A DNA stretch of 63,845 nt, the filler included. It is 6 parts of 6 records of this genome, joined end to end, with 100 filler letters (N's around TTAATTAATTAA, not from the genome) between each part and the next. Parts side by side here need not be neighbours in the genome. Positions count along the whole stretch, not along the records: positions 35,458 to 41,729 come from SRR31156797_17505; positions 41,830 to 51,462 come from SRR31156797_17507; 4 more parts are not named here. The stretch is one strand, 5' to 3'. A program made the position numbers and the translations under genes. This document shows, one piece after another, positions 38,758 through 48,777 of this stretch. The notes under the pieces are model-generated. The model worked only from the letters and a program-made list of their open reading frames with translations. It searched no databases and was not told the DNA's origin. Within the stretch, counting starts at the first letter, position 1, and every line of letters begins with the position of its first letter.

Positions 38758-41424
38758 TTATTTCCCATTGACCAATGAGACGAGTTCACCGACTGCACCC
38801 TTGACCACCTGGGCCTGCGCAGAAAGCTCTTCGGCAGCAGAAGCCGATTCCTCGGCACCTGAAGCATTGGCCTGCGTTACCGAGTTCATTTCACTGACAG
38901 CAGAGTTCACCTGGTCCACGCCGCGAGCCTGCTCGTTGGACGCATCAGCAATCTGCCCGACCAGCTCAGCGACCTGGGTTGCTGATTCACTGATCTGCGT
39001 AAAGCTCTGAGCGGTGATTTCGTTCAGCTCCACACCCTTGGAGACGCGCTGAACGGTTGACTGGATCAACTCCGACGTTTCCTGTGCAGCTTCCGCAGCT
39101 CGCTGGGCAAGATTCCGGACTTCATCTGCAACCACGGCGAATCCCTTGCCATGCTCACCTGCACGAGCGGCTTCAACAGCAGCATTCAATGCGAGCAGAT
39201 TCGTCTGGAATGCAATTTCCTCGATAACCTTGATGATCTTACTGATCTGCTCAGAAGCATCGGAAATCTGCTGCATCGCCTCACTGGCTTCACTCATTGT
39301 GCTGTTACCATTATCCACAACGGATCTCGTTTCGGTCATTTTCTCATTGGCCTGCTGGGCATTGCTGGCATTGGTCTGCGTCATAGCTGACATTTCTTCA
39401 AGAGCACTGGAGGTTTCTTCAAGACTGGATGCCTGCTCGCTGGCTCCTTCAGCAAGAGTCTGAGAAGCAGAAGAAACCTGGCCGGCTGCATCCGTTACCT
39501 GATCCGCACCAAGAGACAGACTCTCGATAATCCGATTCACTGGCCGGCTGATTGAGCGTGCAATGAACACACTCAGAATTGCAACCAGAACGCCGGCAAC
39601 TGCACCTACTGCACCCACCCAGGAGATCAACCCCGTGCGTGCAGATGCACCCATCTCTTCCATGTTATGAGCGGAAGCAAGAGCTTCTGATTCATCAATC
39701 TCGGCCAGCAGAGCCCACGTCTTATCAAATACCTGGATCGGCGTGTATGCACTCAGGACGGGATTGCCGTTATAGTCGATGATGATTTTCGCGTCGGTAT
39801 TTCCTGCAAGCGCATCCTTGGCTGCATCGGTATCAACGCTTCCCTTTGTGGGATCAGCAAAAGATGCTTCAACCGTATGATGTTTCGGATCCAGAAAAGA
39901 ATCACTCCGCATCAGGTGATCCGACCCGACAAGGTACGTCTCTCCAGTTTCTCCCATACCGGCACGAACACCCATGATACTATTGATGGCATCCAAAGGT
40001 AGCTGAAGAGCAACGACAAGCTCAGCTTCACCATTTGATACGACGGGCTGTGCAATGAAAGCAGCCGGGGCACCATTACTCGGGGCATACGGAGAAAAAT
40101 CAGCAAAAGCAAACTTCCCTGAACCAAGACACTGACGAACCGCACCACCCAGGCCCGAACTGGCGTATTTTCCATCGACCAGGTTTGTCTGGTAATCTGC
40201 TTCCTGGCAGACCGTGTAGAAACAGTACCCATCTGGATTGATCAGGAAGAGATCGTAGTACCCATACATGTTATTGTACTTCTCAAAGAAGTACTTTCCG
40301 TTTTCATCTTTCGGACAGAATGCTTCAGCCACGTCGATTTCCGCAAGCAGTCCCCACTGAGTGCTCCCAAGATCAACCGTAGTATAAGCACTCAATACTG
40401 GATTGTTGTTGTAATCAAGGACTACCTTGGCAGCCGTCCCGCCTGAACACGCTGCCTGGGAAGCCGATGTATTCACGCTTCCTTTCGTCGCGTCCTTGAA
40501 CGAAGCGGCAACCGTATGATTCACCGGATCAAGGAATGAATCGCTTCGCATCAACTGGTCTTGACCGACAAGATAGGCTTCGCCGGTTTCTCCCATACCA
40601 CTGCGTTCGCCCATGATATCATTGATGGCATCGATCGAAATCTGCATGGCGACAACGCCAATGATTTCACCGTTTTCCTTGATCGGAGCGGCGACAAACT
40701 GGGCAGGAGCACCGGCCGACGGCGCATACGGTCGGGTATCGCTGACATAAGCCTCCCCTTCAGTAACAGCATACTTCCAGGCATCATACAGAGAATCGCC
40801 ATCAGGACGTGTTCCGAAATCGGCTTCCTTGGTGACGGTAAAGGCAATATCTCCATGTTCCGGACACATCAGGAACACATCATAGTACCCATACTGATCC
40901 ATGTAGTACTTCAACATCGGGAAGTACTTTTCGTGAACGGATACATAGTCAGCAGGAGCATCAAATTTCTCGCCGGTGTGCCCCTTGAATTGCCCACCAG
41001 TTGCACCACCTCCGGCTTCAAAAGCGGCATCCAGCGCCTTAAAGGCATCTTGAATGGCAGGACTGTCTGCTAGAACAAGCGCATCCCCCTTTCGCTCGGC
41101 AAAGAATCGCTCGATCTGAGCCTTCTTGCTCTCCCGAACGGCGATCAGCTTGTTGAACGCTTCCTGCCGAAGAGTGCCGACCGTTTCCACGAGAACGCCC
41201 ATGTCTCCCTGGCGTTCCGAGAAATATTGCTCGACCTGTTGTTTCTTGACGTCTCGAAGTGCTACAAGCTGGTTGTAAGCATTCTTCTCGAGCCCGTCTT
41301 TGCCTTCGCAGTTGATGTCCTCCATACTGCTGTTGGCAATGCTGTAGCTGATCACCGCTACTACACAGAGCGGAATCAATCCACAACACAAAAAAGACGT
41401 GATCAGTTTGGTCCCCAGAGTCAT
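38758..41424 (-). CDS. Methyl-accepting chemotaxis protein with a duplicated dCache sensor region
   Basis: ATG at 41424 with a GGAGGT RBS. Two TM segments, signalling hairpin [37 protein letters not shown], and two copies of [42 protein letters not shown]. Confidence 0.93.
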   Translation of the reverse strand: MTLGTKLITSFLCCGLIPLCVVAVISYSIANSSMEDINCEGKDGLEKNAYNQLVALRDVKKQQVEQYFSERQGDMGVLVETVGTLRQEAFNKLIAVRESKKAQIERFFAERKGDALVLADSPAIQDAFKALDAAFEAGGGATGGQFKGHTGEKFDAPADYVSVHEKYFPMLKYYMDQYGYYDVFLMCPEHGDIAFTVTKEADFGTRPDGDSLYDAWKYAVTEGEAYVSDTRPYAPSAGAPAQFVAAPIKENGEIIGVVAMQISIDAINDIMGERSGMGETGEAYLVGQDQLMRSDSFLDPVNHTVAASFKDATKGSVNTSASQAACSGGTAAKVVLDYNNNPVLSAYTTVDLGSTQWGLLAEIDVAEAFCPKDENGKYFFEKYNNMYGYYDLFLINPDGYCFYTVCQEADYQTNLVDGKYASSGLGGAVRQCLGSGKFAFADFSPYAPSNGAPAAFIAQPVVSNGEAELVVALQLPLDAINSIMGVRAGMGETGETYLVGSDHLMRSDSFLDPKHHTVEASFADPTKGSVDTDAAKDALAGNTDAKIIIDYNGNPVLSAYTPIQVFDKTWALLAEIDESEALASAHNMEEMGASARTGLISWVGAVGAVAGVLVAILSVFIARSISRPVNRIIESLSLGADQVTDAAGQVSSASQTLAEGASEQASSLEETSSALEEMSAMTQTNASNAQQANEKMTETRSVVDNGNSTMSEASEAMQQISDASEQISKIIKVIEEIAFQTNLLALNAAVEAARAGEHGKGFAVVADEVRNLAQRAAEAAQETSELIQSTVQRVSKGVELNEITAQSFTQISESATQVAELVGQIADASNEQARGVDQVNSAVSEMNSVTQANASGAEESASAAEELSAQAQVVKGAVGELVSLVNGK

Positions 41425-41729
41425 TGATGTACCTCCACAAAATAAACTACATGAAAACAGAACACCGTAACACACCTGCATGCTCCGTAGACAAGCTCAA
41501 TGATGTCGGGAATTTTCCCCGAACGATTACATTCGCTTTGGCATAAACTTCTGAATTGTCTTGAACCCCATTTCTGACCCGTACTACTGATCGTCCAGAT
41601 CAGGTAAACGCATCATACCCAACACAGGTAATATTACCCTGTGCTGATAATAAAGGAGACAGAAGTCTGGAGCGTGGAAAGTACCCGGACTCATTCGGCA
41701 TTTCCAACAGATAAAAGTGTTTCAGTTTA

Positions 41730-41829
41730 NNNNNNNNNNNNNNNNNNNNNNNNNNNNNNNNNNNNNNNNNNNNTTAATTAATTAANNNNNNNNNNNNNNN
41801 NNNNNNNNNNNNNNNNNNNNNNNNNNNNN
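41730..41829. other. Artificial contig spacer
   Basis: N44-TTAATTAATTAA-N44. Confidence 0.98.
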
Positions 41830-41849
41830 TACTGAGCGAAGTCGAAGTG
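41830..41849. repeat. Fragment of a Bacteroidota REP-like extragenic repeat (CTGAGCGAAGTCGAAG)
   Basis: TACTGAGCGAAGTCGAAGTG at the very start of the contig, recognised from memory as a multicopy Bacteroidota intergenic motif. Only one arm is visible. Confidence 0.5.
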
Positions 41850-41863
41850 CTTAATGGTTTACT

Positions 41864-43876
41864 CTAAAATTTCCACCTAAGCTTAAAATGAACTGAAGTA
41901 CGATGTGATTCTTCAATGAGCTCGTTGCCTGAAGATATTTCATCTTTGTGCAGGTAATCTGTTCTGTCTATACGGGCATATAACGATAGATTTTCTAAAA
42001 CATCCCATCTCAAATTGAGATAATATCGAATTCCGGTATCCTGAAAAGAAGGTACTGAGAAGCTATACAATACATCTCTTTCGTATGTATAAATGCGCGC
42101 AAGGTAATCTTCTACATCAAATAGGTTTATGCGGAAGCTGGCTCTGAACTTACTGTTTTCAGGTTCATAGAATTGTTCATAATAAATCAGCCAACCGCTG
42201 AATTGAGCAGAATCCTGATCAAAATAGCTATAGGCTAACCTTGCTTGGCCTGTCCATTCTGGAGTATAATCCATAGTAGCCTGAATGTGCCATTTGTATA
42301 GTTCTCCATAGGTTAGCTCTGCAAATTGATCATTGGAAACAGTGGTAGATTTTTTCTCGTATTTCAGTCTGGTCTGAAAATCAATGGTTCTTTTGGGTGA
42401 ATAGTCAATATTGATTAAATATTCGCTTCCATCAGTTGGAGCTTTTTCACCATATCTCAACCAGGGAAATTTGAAAATATCAGCATACAGATTTACGGTT
42501 GTGTATTTAAACGGCAGCCATTCTAACCCGAAATAGAATCCTTCCTCGTTTTGGATTCCTGATGACTCGCCAAACCCATATCCATGCAAAGCCACATAGT
42601 CTTTGTCATAATTTCGGTAAAGCAATGCCAGACCGGCTGATTCTGTTGGAAAGAAAGTTAGTCCATAAAGTTGTGCCGTTGCCTTGTTCGAAGCATAGGC
42701 GACTTCACCAAAAAATGAGAATTTACGATATTGATACATGAGGTCTGCTGAAAGATTGGCAAAATTGTTACCATCCGGATCATATAAGTCGTACAAAGCG
42801 CTATTACGCTTCACATCATGCTCATATTGTGTAAATATGCCATTTATATTAGCTTTTAAGTTACCAAATCGTCCGCCGATAAAACCTCCTGTAATAAACT
42901 CATTTACTGTTTTTTTCTTAGCTATTTCACTCTCGGTTCGATGCAGTCCAGTGGCTGATAAACTGGAAATATATGGTTTTTCAAGTGTATCGACCGTAGC
43001 ATCTATATCTTGATAGGAGGTGAAAATTCCGGCAGTAATTCCCTTGTACCCTGCTTGTATGGCAGCCCCGCGCATAAAACCGTATTCTGTGGCGCTTGAG
43101 TAAGGTCTGAAGCCATGTCGTGCATTACGTATTTGTGTGGATTGGCTTCCTTTGCCGCCCCATATTCCTTGCCCACAAATTAAACCTTGCCCTAGCGTAG
43201 TTTGGAAATCACCAAGTGCGACAGTTTGTAAAATTTCTCCGGGTTTTACAAAAACATGCATGCTGTAATAATCAAATCCTTCCGGATTAGAGCCTGTGAA
43301 AGTTGTTTCTCCGGGATCGCTTTCAGCTGTTATACCCATTGATAGTTCCTGTCCGAGTTTATACTTATATCGAAAATATTTTTTACCTGGTGATCCTTCA
43401 TAGTCTCCATCCTGGTAACCATCTTTTGTTTCTAATGTGCGATTGTATTGTGCGAGAATTTCATGTCGGCCCCAAAAGTAGCGTTTGAAGTTTTTCTGTT
43501 TTTTGGGTTTTGTGCCAAAATTAAAAAACAGCATTAGGGTTTCGATATCTTCTCTGCTAAACGACTGCAAATAAACAAGTTCGAAGGGAGTGAGGATGTC
43601 TCCGTTTTTTTGAGTGTAATCAAATAGTTCAGCAGCCTGCATGCTATTGATTAATTGCATTTCGACAATTAATTCAGGCTTAATCGTATTGATGTTAGGT
43701 TTATTCTCTGCCCAGTTGGTTAGTGTGTAAGTTACCTCTTCAATGGTAGATTCGAAAACTTCGTTTTCCTGCATCTCTTCAGCAATGCGGCTGATAATTT
43801 TCTGAGCATCAGTGTTTTGGGCCTTGATGAAAAGGGGACAAACCAAAAATAATATGATGATCAGGGATTTATACAT
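41864..43876 (-). CDS. Outer-membrane beta-barrel protein with an N-terminal ComEA-like helix-hairpin-helix domain
   Basis: Signal peptide. NINT...FDYTQKNGDILTPFELVYLQSF resembles a degenerate ComEA HhH domain. Long amphipathic beta region with LGDFQ-LGQGL, NEEGFYFG and RIYTYERDVLYSFSVP. C-terminal beta-signal KLRWKF. Confidence 0.75.
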   Translation of the reverse strand: MYKSLIIILFLVCPLFIKAQNTDAQKIISRIAEEMQENEVFESTIEEVTYTLTNWAENKPNINTIKPELIVEMQLINSMQAAELFDYTQKNGDILTPFELVYLQSFSREDIETLMLFFNFGTKPKKQKNFKRYFWGRHEILAQYNRTLETKDGYQDGDYEGSPGKKYFRYKYKLGQELSMGITAESDPGETTFTGSNPEGFDYYSMHVFVKPGEILQTVALGDFQTTLGQGLICGQGIWGGKGSQSTQIRNARHGFRPYSSATEYGFMRGAAIQAGYKGITAGIFTSYQDIDATVDTLEKPYISSLSATGLHRTESEIAKKKTVNEFITGGFIGGRFGNLKANINGIFTQYEHDVKRNSALYDLYDPDGNNFANLSADLMYQYRKFSFFGEVAYASNKATAQLYGLTFFPTESAGLALLYRNYDKDYVALHGYGFGESSGIQNEEGFYFGLEWLPFKYTTVNLYADIFKFPWLRYGEKAPTDGSEYLINIDYSPKRTIDFQTRLKYEKKSTTVSNDQFAELTYGELYKWHIQATMDYTPEWTGQARLAYSYFDQDSAQFSGWLIYYEQFYEPENSKFRASFRINLFDVEDYLARIYTYERDVLYSFSVPSFQDTGIRYYLNLRWDVLENLSLYARIDRTDYLHKDEISSGNELIEESHRTSVHFKLRWKF

Positions 43877-43877
43877 G

Positions 43878-44702
43878 CTAAAATTGATAAATCAGTGAGA
43901 AATGTGTACCCGGTTCTAAATATTTACTTGATGTAACTGCAACCTGAACTGCGAATTGATTAAACATATAACCGGCACCTGCTGAGAATTGGGCTGGTTC
44001 AGTTTGAAAACCGGCCTGAAAGTTTAATCCAAAGTCAAATTGGTAATCAATACCCATCCTAAAATTGATGGGTTTATCGATATGTTTTTCTGTTTCAGCG
44101 GTAATGAGGAATTCATCTGTCACTTTTACTCCTGCTCCAACGCGCAATATAGTTTCCGGTGTTTCATCTTCATGATCTCCTGTTTTACTTAATGTTGGAT
44201 TAAAAATATGCGCACCAAATAACCATCTGTCAGCAAATTGGGCTTGCACCCCAGCCTCAGCAACTATACTGTGATATGACTCATACGGTCCGCTTAAATG
44301 CGTGTACATGTAATTAAATTGAACTCCTGCAGAGAAGTGTTTGCCAAGTTGTTTACCATAACCAAGTCCAATTTTATTTTCATTATACACATCATATCCA
44401 AAGCGTTGCACTTGTAATCCTATCCCGCCTCCAAGTATAGGGAGACTTCCATGGGCACCAAAAACTGAAAGCTCCGGTAGGTTGGGACGGTACATGCTGT
44501 AAATTGAAATGCCTGCTGAATCAATCCAGCCCAACGAAGCCTGATTTTGCATCAATGAAAGTCGAGGCGACATGATAACTGAGTTACTTAAGCCTGCAGA
44601 GCGTGCTCCACCATAAAAATTGTAGTTTCCGGCAAATAATTGACTGGTTATCGCAAGGAAAAGAATGGCAGTAGCTATTATTTTATATTTTCCTTTTTTC
44701 AT
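43878..44702 (-). CDS. PorV/PorQ-like outer-membrane beta-barrel protein
   Basis: Signal peptide, GARSAGL and QNQASL (NPA-like hatch motif), amphipathic strands, terminal YQF. 1 nt from the next gene. Confidence 0.6.
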   Translation of the reverse strand: MKKGKYKIIATAILFLAITSQLFAGNYNFYGGARSAGLSNSVIMSPRLSLMQNQASLGWIDSAGISIYSMYRPNLPELSVFGAHGSLPILGGGIGLQVQRFGYDVYNENKIGLGYGKQLGKHFSAGVQFNYMYTHLSGPYESYHSIVAEAGVQAQFADRWLFGAHIFNPTLSKTGDHEDETPETILRVGAGVKVTDEFLITAETEKHIDKPINFRMGIDYQFDFGLNFQAGFQTEPAQFSAGAGYMFNQFAVQVAVTSSKYLEPGTHFSLIYQF

Positions 44703-44716
44703 GCATAAAATGTAAA

Positions 44717-44749
44717 AGGGATTTATCCGAAAAATATGAATAAATCCCT
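44717..44749 (-). terminator. Hairpin after purE
   Basis: AGGGATTTAT/ATAAATCCCT stem followed by TTTA on the minus strand. Confidence 0.5.
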
Positions 44750-44780
44750 AGCGTACAAAAATTATAATGCTATTCTATTT

Positions 44781-45287
44781 TTAATTTGTTTTGAACTCGT
44801 ATTTTACTTTGGATAAATCTTCGTTAGCTTTTACAATCTTTTGCTTGAGATTTTCTTTGTAATTAACAGTTGCATTGAAAATTTCTTCGTTATTAATGCC
44901 TAGCATTTGTGCTGCTAATATTCCGGCATTTTTTGCTCCGTCAATAGCCACAGTAGCCACAGGTATTCCAGGAGGCATCTGAAGTACAGCTAGTGCAGCA
45001 TCAAGACCATCAAGAGAGGCGTTTATAGGGACACCAATTACTGGCATTGGAGTCATTGCAGCTATTACACCCGGAAGGTGAGCCGCCATTCCAGCTCCTG
45101 CAATAATTACACGAATGCCTCGCGCATGAGCTCCTTTCGCAAACTCTTCAACCTTTTCTGGTGTTCGATGTGCAGATAAAGCATTCATTTCAAAGGGAAT
45201 CTTGAATTCTTCAAGTACCTGGGCCGCTTTTTCCATAACTGGCAGGTCAGAAGTGCTGCCCATAATAATGCTAACTTTTGGTGTCAT
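44781..45287 (-). CDS. purE: N5-carboxyaminoimidazole ribonucleotide mutase
   Basis: IMGSTSDL, SAHRTP, AGAGMAAHLPG and QMPPGIPVATV. Confidence 0.96.
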   Translation of the reverse strand: MTPKVSIIMGSTSDLPVMEKAAQVLEEFKIPFEMNALSAHRTPEKVEEFAKGAHARGIRVIIAGAGMAAHLPGVIAAMTPMPVIGVPINASLDGLDAALAVLQMPPGIPVATVAIDGAKNAGILAAQMLGINNEEIFNATVNYKENLKQKIVKANEDLSKVKYEFKTN

Positions 45288-45422
45288 AATGTGTTTGTAT
45301 TTCAGAGGTTATTAATTTAATTCAGATCTTAGACTACTTTAAAATAATATGGAAAATTACCCAATTCAAGCCGATTTTAAATAATAAATGTCCAAAAAAA
45401 TGAAATTCTGATTGAACCTTTG

Positions 45423-45440
45423 TATTTTCGCACAAAGATA
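45423..45440. promoter_or_regulatory. Adjacent opposite-strand Bacteroidota -7 elements for hpt and purE
   Basis: TATTTTCG (+, 45423-45430) and TATCTTTG (-, 45433-45440). Confidence 0.5.
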
Positions 45441-45515
45441 TAATTATTGGAATGAATATCTTTTGAAGATAAATTCAAAATAAATTATACATTAAGAACC
45501 AATTAAAATTTTTTT

Positions 45516-46049
45516 ATGGAAAAAGTTACTGTTTTTGATAAGACCTTTGAGATATCGATACATCATGATACGATTTTGGAAAGAATATCTAAGCTTGCTG
45601 TCCAAATGAATGAGGACCTGAAAGATAAGGAAGTAATTTTTCTGGGGATTTTAAATGGTTCGTTTATGTTTGCTTCTGATTTATATAAGCAAATCAAAGT
45701 TCCATCACTTATCTCATTTTTAAAGTTGGCTTCTTATCAGGGTACAACAACTTCGGGGAAAGTTAAAAGATTGATAGGAATAAATGAGGATATTGCTGAT
45801 AAAACAGTCGTTATTATTGAAGATATTGTTGATACAGGCATAACGCTTGAGCAAATTATTAAGCAATTAAAAGGATATGATCCTGCTGAAATTAAGGTGG
45901 CTACTTTACTTTTCAAACCTGAAGCCTATCAAAAAGATATTGACATCGATTATATTGGCTTTAGTATTCCACCTGAATTTATCATTGGATATGGACTAGA
46001 TTATGATGGGTTAGGCCGAAACCTACCTCATATATATAAATTAGCCTAA
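45516..46049 (+). CDS. hpt: Hypoxanthine phosphoribosyltransferase
   Basis: ILNGSFMF, IIEDIVDTGIT (PRPP motif) and GYGLDY-GRNL. Confidence 0.95.
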   Translation: MEKVTVFDKTFEISIHHDTILERISKLAVQMNEDLKDKEVIFLGILNGSFMFASDLYKQIKVPSLISFLKLASYQGTTTSGKVKRLIGINEDIADKTVVIIEDIVDTGITLEQIIKQLKGYDPAEIKVATLLFKPEAYQKDIDIDYIGFSIPPEFIIGYGLDYDGLGRNLPHIYKLA

Positions 46050-46062
46050 AAAATTACTGCTT

Positions 46063-46638
46063 ATGTTCAACTTAGTTCTATTCGGGCCTCCCGGATCGGG
46101 CAAGGGTACCCAGTCCGATAAGGTTGTTCAAAAATATGGGTTGAAACACATTTCAACAGGCGATATTTTTCGCAAAGAAATGTCTGCTGAAACCCCGCTT
46201 GGTAAAAAAGCGAAATCCTATGTCGAAAATGGAGATCTAGTGCCAGATGAATTGGTTGTTGATTTAGTGATGAAGTTTCTGGATGAACATCAGGATGAAA
46301 AGGGTTTCATATTTGATGGTTTTCCCCGTACCATTAGACAAGCAGAGATTCTAAGAAGCGAACTCTTTGAAAGAGGTCAAACGATAAAATTAATGCTAGA
46401 TTTAAAGGTTCCTGAAGCTGAATTGCTTGAACGAATGCGTAAAAGGGGTGAAAATTCAGGTAGAGCTGATGACCAAAATGAAGAGGTTTTAAAGAACAGA
46501 TTAAAAATTTATCGTGAGAGTACTGAACCGGTAATTTCATTTTACACAAAACACCACAAGCACTACGAGATCGACGGTGTGGGAGAGATAGAAGAGATTT
46601 TTTGTCGTATTCGGAGTGTAGTGGGACAATTTTTATAA
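46063..46638 (+). CDS. adk: Adenylate kinase (short-LID form)
   Basis: GPPGSGKGTQ, HISTGD, FDGFPRT and RADD. Confidence 0.95.
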   Translation: MFNLVLFGPPGSGKGTQSDKVVQKYGLKHISTGDIFRKEMSAETPLGKKAKSYVENGDLVPDELVVDLVMKFLDEHQDEKGFIFDGFPRTIRQAEILRSELFERGQTIKLMLDLKVPEAELLERMRKRGENSGRADDQNEEVLKNRLKIYRESTEPVISFYTKHHKHYEIDGVGEIEEIFCRIRSVVGQFL

Positions 46639-46679
46639 GTATTCGATAAAAGTGAAGAATTAGAGGAGGAATTATTAAG

Positions 46680-47681
46680 ATGAGCCAATCGAATTTTGTT
46701 GATTATATCAGAATTTTTTGCCGTTCAGGAAAAGGAGGGGCGGGATCAGAGCATTTCAGGCGAGAAAAATTTGTTGAAAAAGGTGGTCCGGATGGTGGTG
46801 ATGGTGGCCGTGGGGGACATATTTATCTGCGCGGAAACCGAAATCAATGGACATTGCTTCATTTACGTTATCAGAAGCATATTTTTGCAGAAAATGGAGA
46901 GAATGGTGGAGGTCAGAGAAGCTCCGGTGCCCAGGGTGAGGATGTTTATATTGATGTACCCGTTGGAACTATTGCGCGTGATGAAGAAACCAATGAAGTA
47001 ATTTGTGAAGTTACTGAGCATAACGAAACTGTTATCTTACTAGAAGGGGGTCAAGGTGGACTGGGAAATACACATTTTAAAACTTCTACTAATCAGGCAC
47101 CAAGGTATGCTCAACCGGGAAAACCCGGAAAGGAAGGTTATTTCTTATTTGAATTAAAGGTTCTTGCCGATATAGGGTTGGTTGGTTTTCCGAATGCTGG
47201 AAAATCCACGCTACTTTCGGTTGTTTCTGCAGCCAAACCTAAAATTGCAAACTACGCATTTACGACACTTACACCTAATCTGGGTATTGTACCTTATCGT
47301 GATAGTCGATCGTTTGTAATGGCCGATATTCCCGGTATTATTGAAGGTGCCTCAGAAGGCAAGGGTTTGGGATTACGTTTTCTGAGACATATTGAGCGTA
47401 ATTCAGCCTTACTCTTTATGGTCCCTGCCGATAGTGATGATATTCATAAAGAATACAAGATATTGCTCAATGAGCTGGAACAACACAATCCTCAGTTGTT
47501 AGATAAATCCAGGATATTAGCCATAACGAAAAGCGATATGTTGGATGAGGAGTTGATGGATGAAATAGTGCAGGATTTACCTGAAATCCCTTATTTGTTT
47601 ATTTCATCTGTTACTCAATATAATGTTCAGCAATTGAAAGACTTAATTTGGAATACTTTAAACCCTAAAGAAGATGTTTGA
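46680..47681 (+). CDS. obgE: GTPase ObgE
   Basis: Gly-rich Obg fold ([12 protein letters not shown]), [23 protein letters not shown] and TKSD. Confidence 0.96.
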   Translation: MSQSNFVDYIRIFCRSGKGGAGSEHFRREKFVEKGGPDGGDGGRGGHIYLRGNRNQWTLLHLRYQKHIFAENGENGGGQRSSGAQGEDVYIDVPVGTIARDEETNEVICEVTEHNETVILLEGGQGGLGNTHFKTSTNQAPRYAQPGKPGKEGYFLFELKVLADIGLVGFPNAGKSTLLSVVSAAKPKIANYAFTTLTPNLGIVPYRDSRSFVMADIPGIIEGASEGKGLGLRFLRHIERNSALLFMVPADSDDIHKEYKILLNELEQHNPQLLDKSRILAITKSDMLDEELMDEIVQDLPEIPYLFISSVTQYNVQQLKDLIWNTLNPKEDV

Positions 47682-48246
47682 TTCATTAGTTCAATTAGAT
47701 AAGGACCTTTTCTTGTTTTTTAATGGTTTGCATAATAGCTTTTTCGACCAAATTATGTGGTGGTTCAGTGCTAAATGGTTTTGGATTCCTATGTATTTGG
47801 CCGTATTAGCATATTGGATTAAAAAGTACAAAGTAAATGTAATTTGGTTGGTAGTGTTTGCTGCTTTAGTGGTGTTAGCTAACGATCAGATTTCTGTGGC
47901 CATTAAGTTTGCAGTTGAAAGATTTCGTCCTTCCCATAATCCTGAATTTGAAGGGCTTGTCCATCATGTAAGCAATTATAAAGGCGGTAAGTTTGGATTT
48001 GTATCCAGTCATGCTGCCAACACTTTTGGGTTTGCCATTTTTTCTTTAATGTTTATCCGAAGAAGATGGTATACCATATCAATACTAATTTGGGCTGCAG
48101 TTGTTTCTTATAGTAGGGTTTATTTGGGTGTTCATTACCCTGGAGATATCTTTTTTGGAGGCTTACTAGGTCTTGTTTTAGGTTATTTATTATATCTCGG
48201 ATGTAATTATGGTTTGAAGCGTTGGCCTATAAAAAAAGCAACTTAG
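47674..48246 (+). CDS. PAP2-family membrane phosphatase (LpxF/lipid-phosphate phosphatase-like)
   Basis: KxxxxRxRP (KFAVERFRP), SSHA and [12 protein letters not shown]. Overlaps the obgE end. Confidence 0.85.
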   Translation: MFDSLVQLDKDLFLFFNGLHNSFFDQIMWWFSAKWFWIPMYLAVLAYWIKKYKVNVIWLVVFAALVVLANDQISVAIKFAVERFRPSHNPEFEGLVHHVSNYKGGKFGFVSSHAANTFGFAIFSLMFIRRRWYTISILIWAAVVSYSRVYLGVHYPGDIFFGGLLGLVLGYLLYLGCNYGLKRWPIKKAT

Positions 48247-48297
48247 AACTTACTATTTAAAGTGAGCTTGATGTTAATAATAAAAATCAATTAGCAT

Positions 48298-48326
48298 AAA
48301 AAAGGCCGTCAATCATTGACGGCCTT
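48298..48326 (-). terminator. Rho-independent terminator between convergent genes
   Basis: AAGGCCGTCAA-tca-TTGACGGCCTT with an A-tract on the left, which reads as a U-tract on the minus strand. Confidence 0.75.
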
Positions 48327-48344
48327 CAGAATTTTATATCGTTT

Positions 48345-48776
48345 TTATTTTTTCTGCATGAAACTCAGTATAACTACTGCTGCACCTTCCTGACCATCTT
48401 TAAAAGAGACCTGAATTTTGTAAACGCCGGATTTTTGACAGAAGAAACCAACAGCGTCTTTAATTGTACCATCTGGTTGTAGGTTGGCAGTAATTTTTTT
48501 CGCTCCATCGTAGAGTTCTACAATGGCTTTGCCCGGATAACCGTCAGCATTACAAGTGTTTAGTTTGTAAATTGTTCCTTTATTCATCAAAATAGAAAAT
48601 TTCGATGATGGAGGTGGCTTTACACTACTTTGCTGCAGTTTAACTTTAAAATCTTTCATATAGGTAGCATTGCCAATATTGAGGGCGCAGGTATTCACCA
48701 ACTCATCACTCTGCGCAAAAGTACTCAGCGACAGAAATGACAATGCAACTACGAGTAATGCTATTGCTTTCCTCAT
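48345..48776 (-). CDS. Hypothetical secreted protein (143 aa)
   Basis: Sec signal peptide, beta-sandwich-like composition, FFCQKSGVYKI. 1 nt from the upstream lipoprotein gene. Confidence 0.75.
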   Translation of the reverse strand: MRKAIALLVVALSFLSLSTFAQSDELVNTCALNIGNATYMKDFKVKLQQSSVKPPPSSKFSILMNKGTIYKLNTCNADGYPGKAIVELYDGAKKITANLQPDGTIKDAVGFFCQKSGVYKIQVSFKDGQEGAAVVILSFMQKK

Positions 48777-48777
48777 A

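Noticed and set aside
41425..41729. c-di-GMP riboswitch upstream of the chemoreceptor
   Set aside because: No GEMM consensus was found on the coding strand. Only a near-palindrome (CACAGGTAATATTACCCTGTG) of unknown meaning is present.
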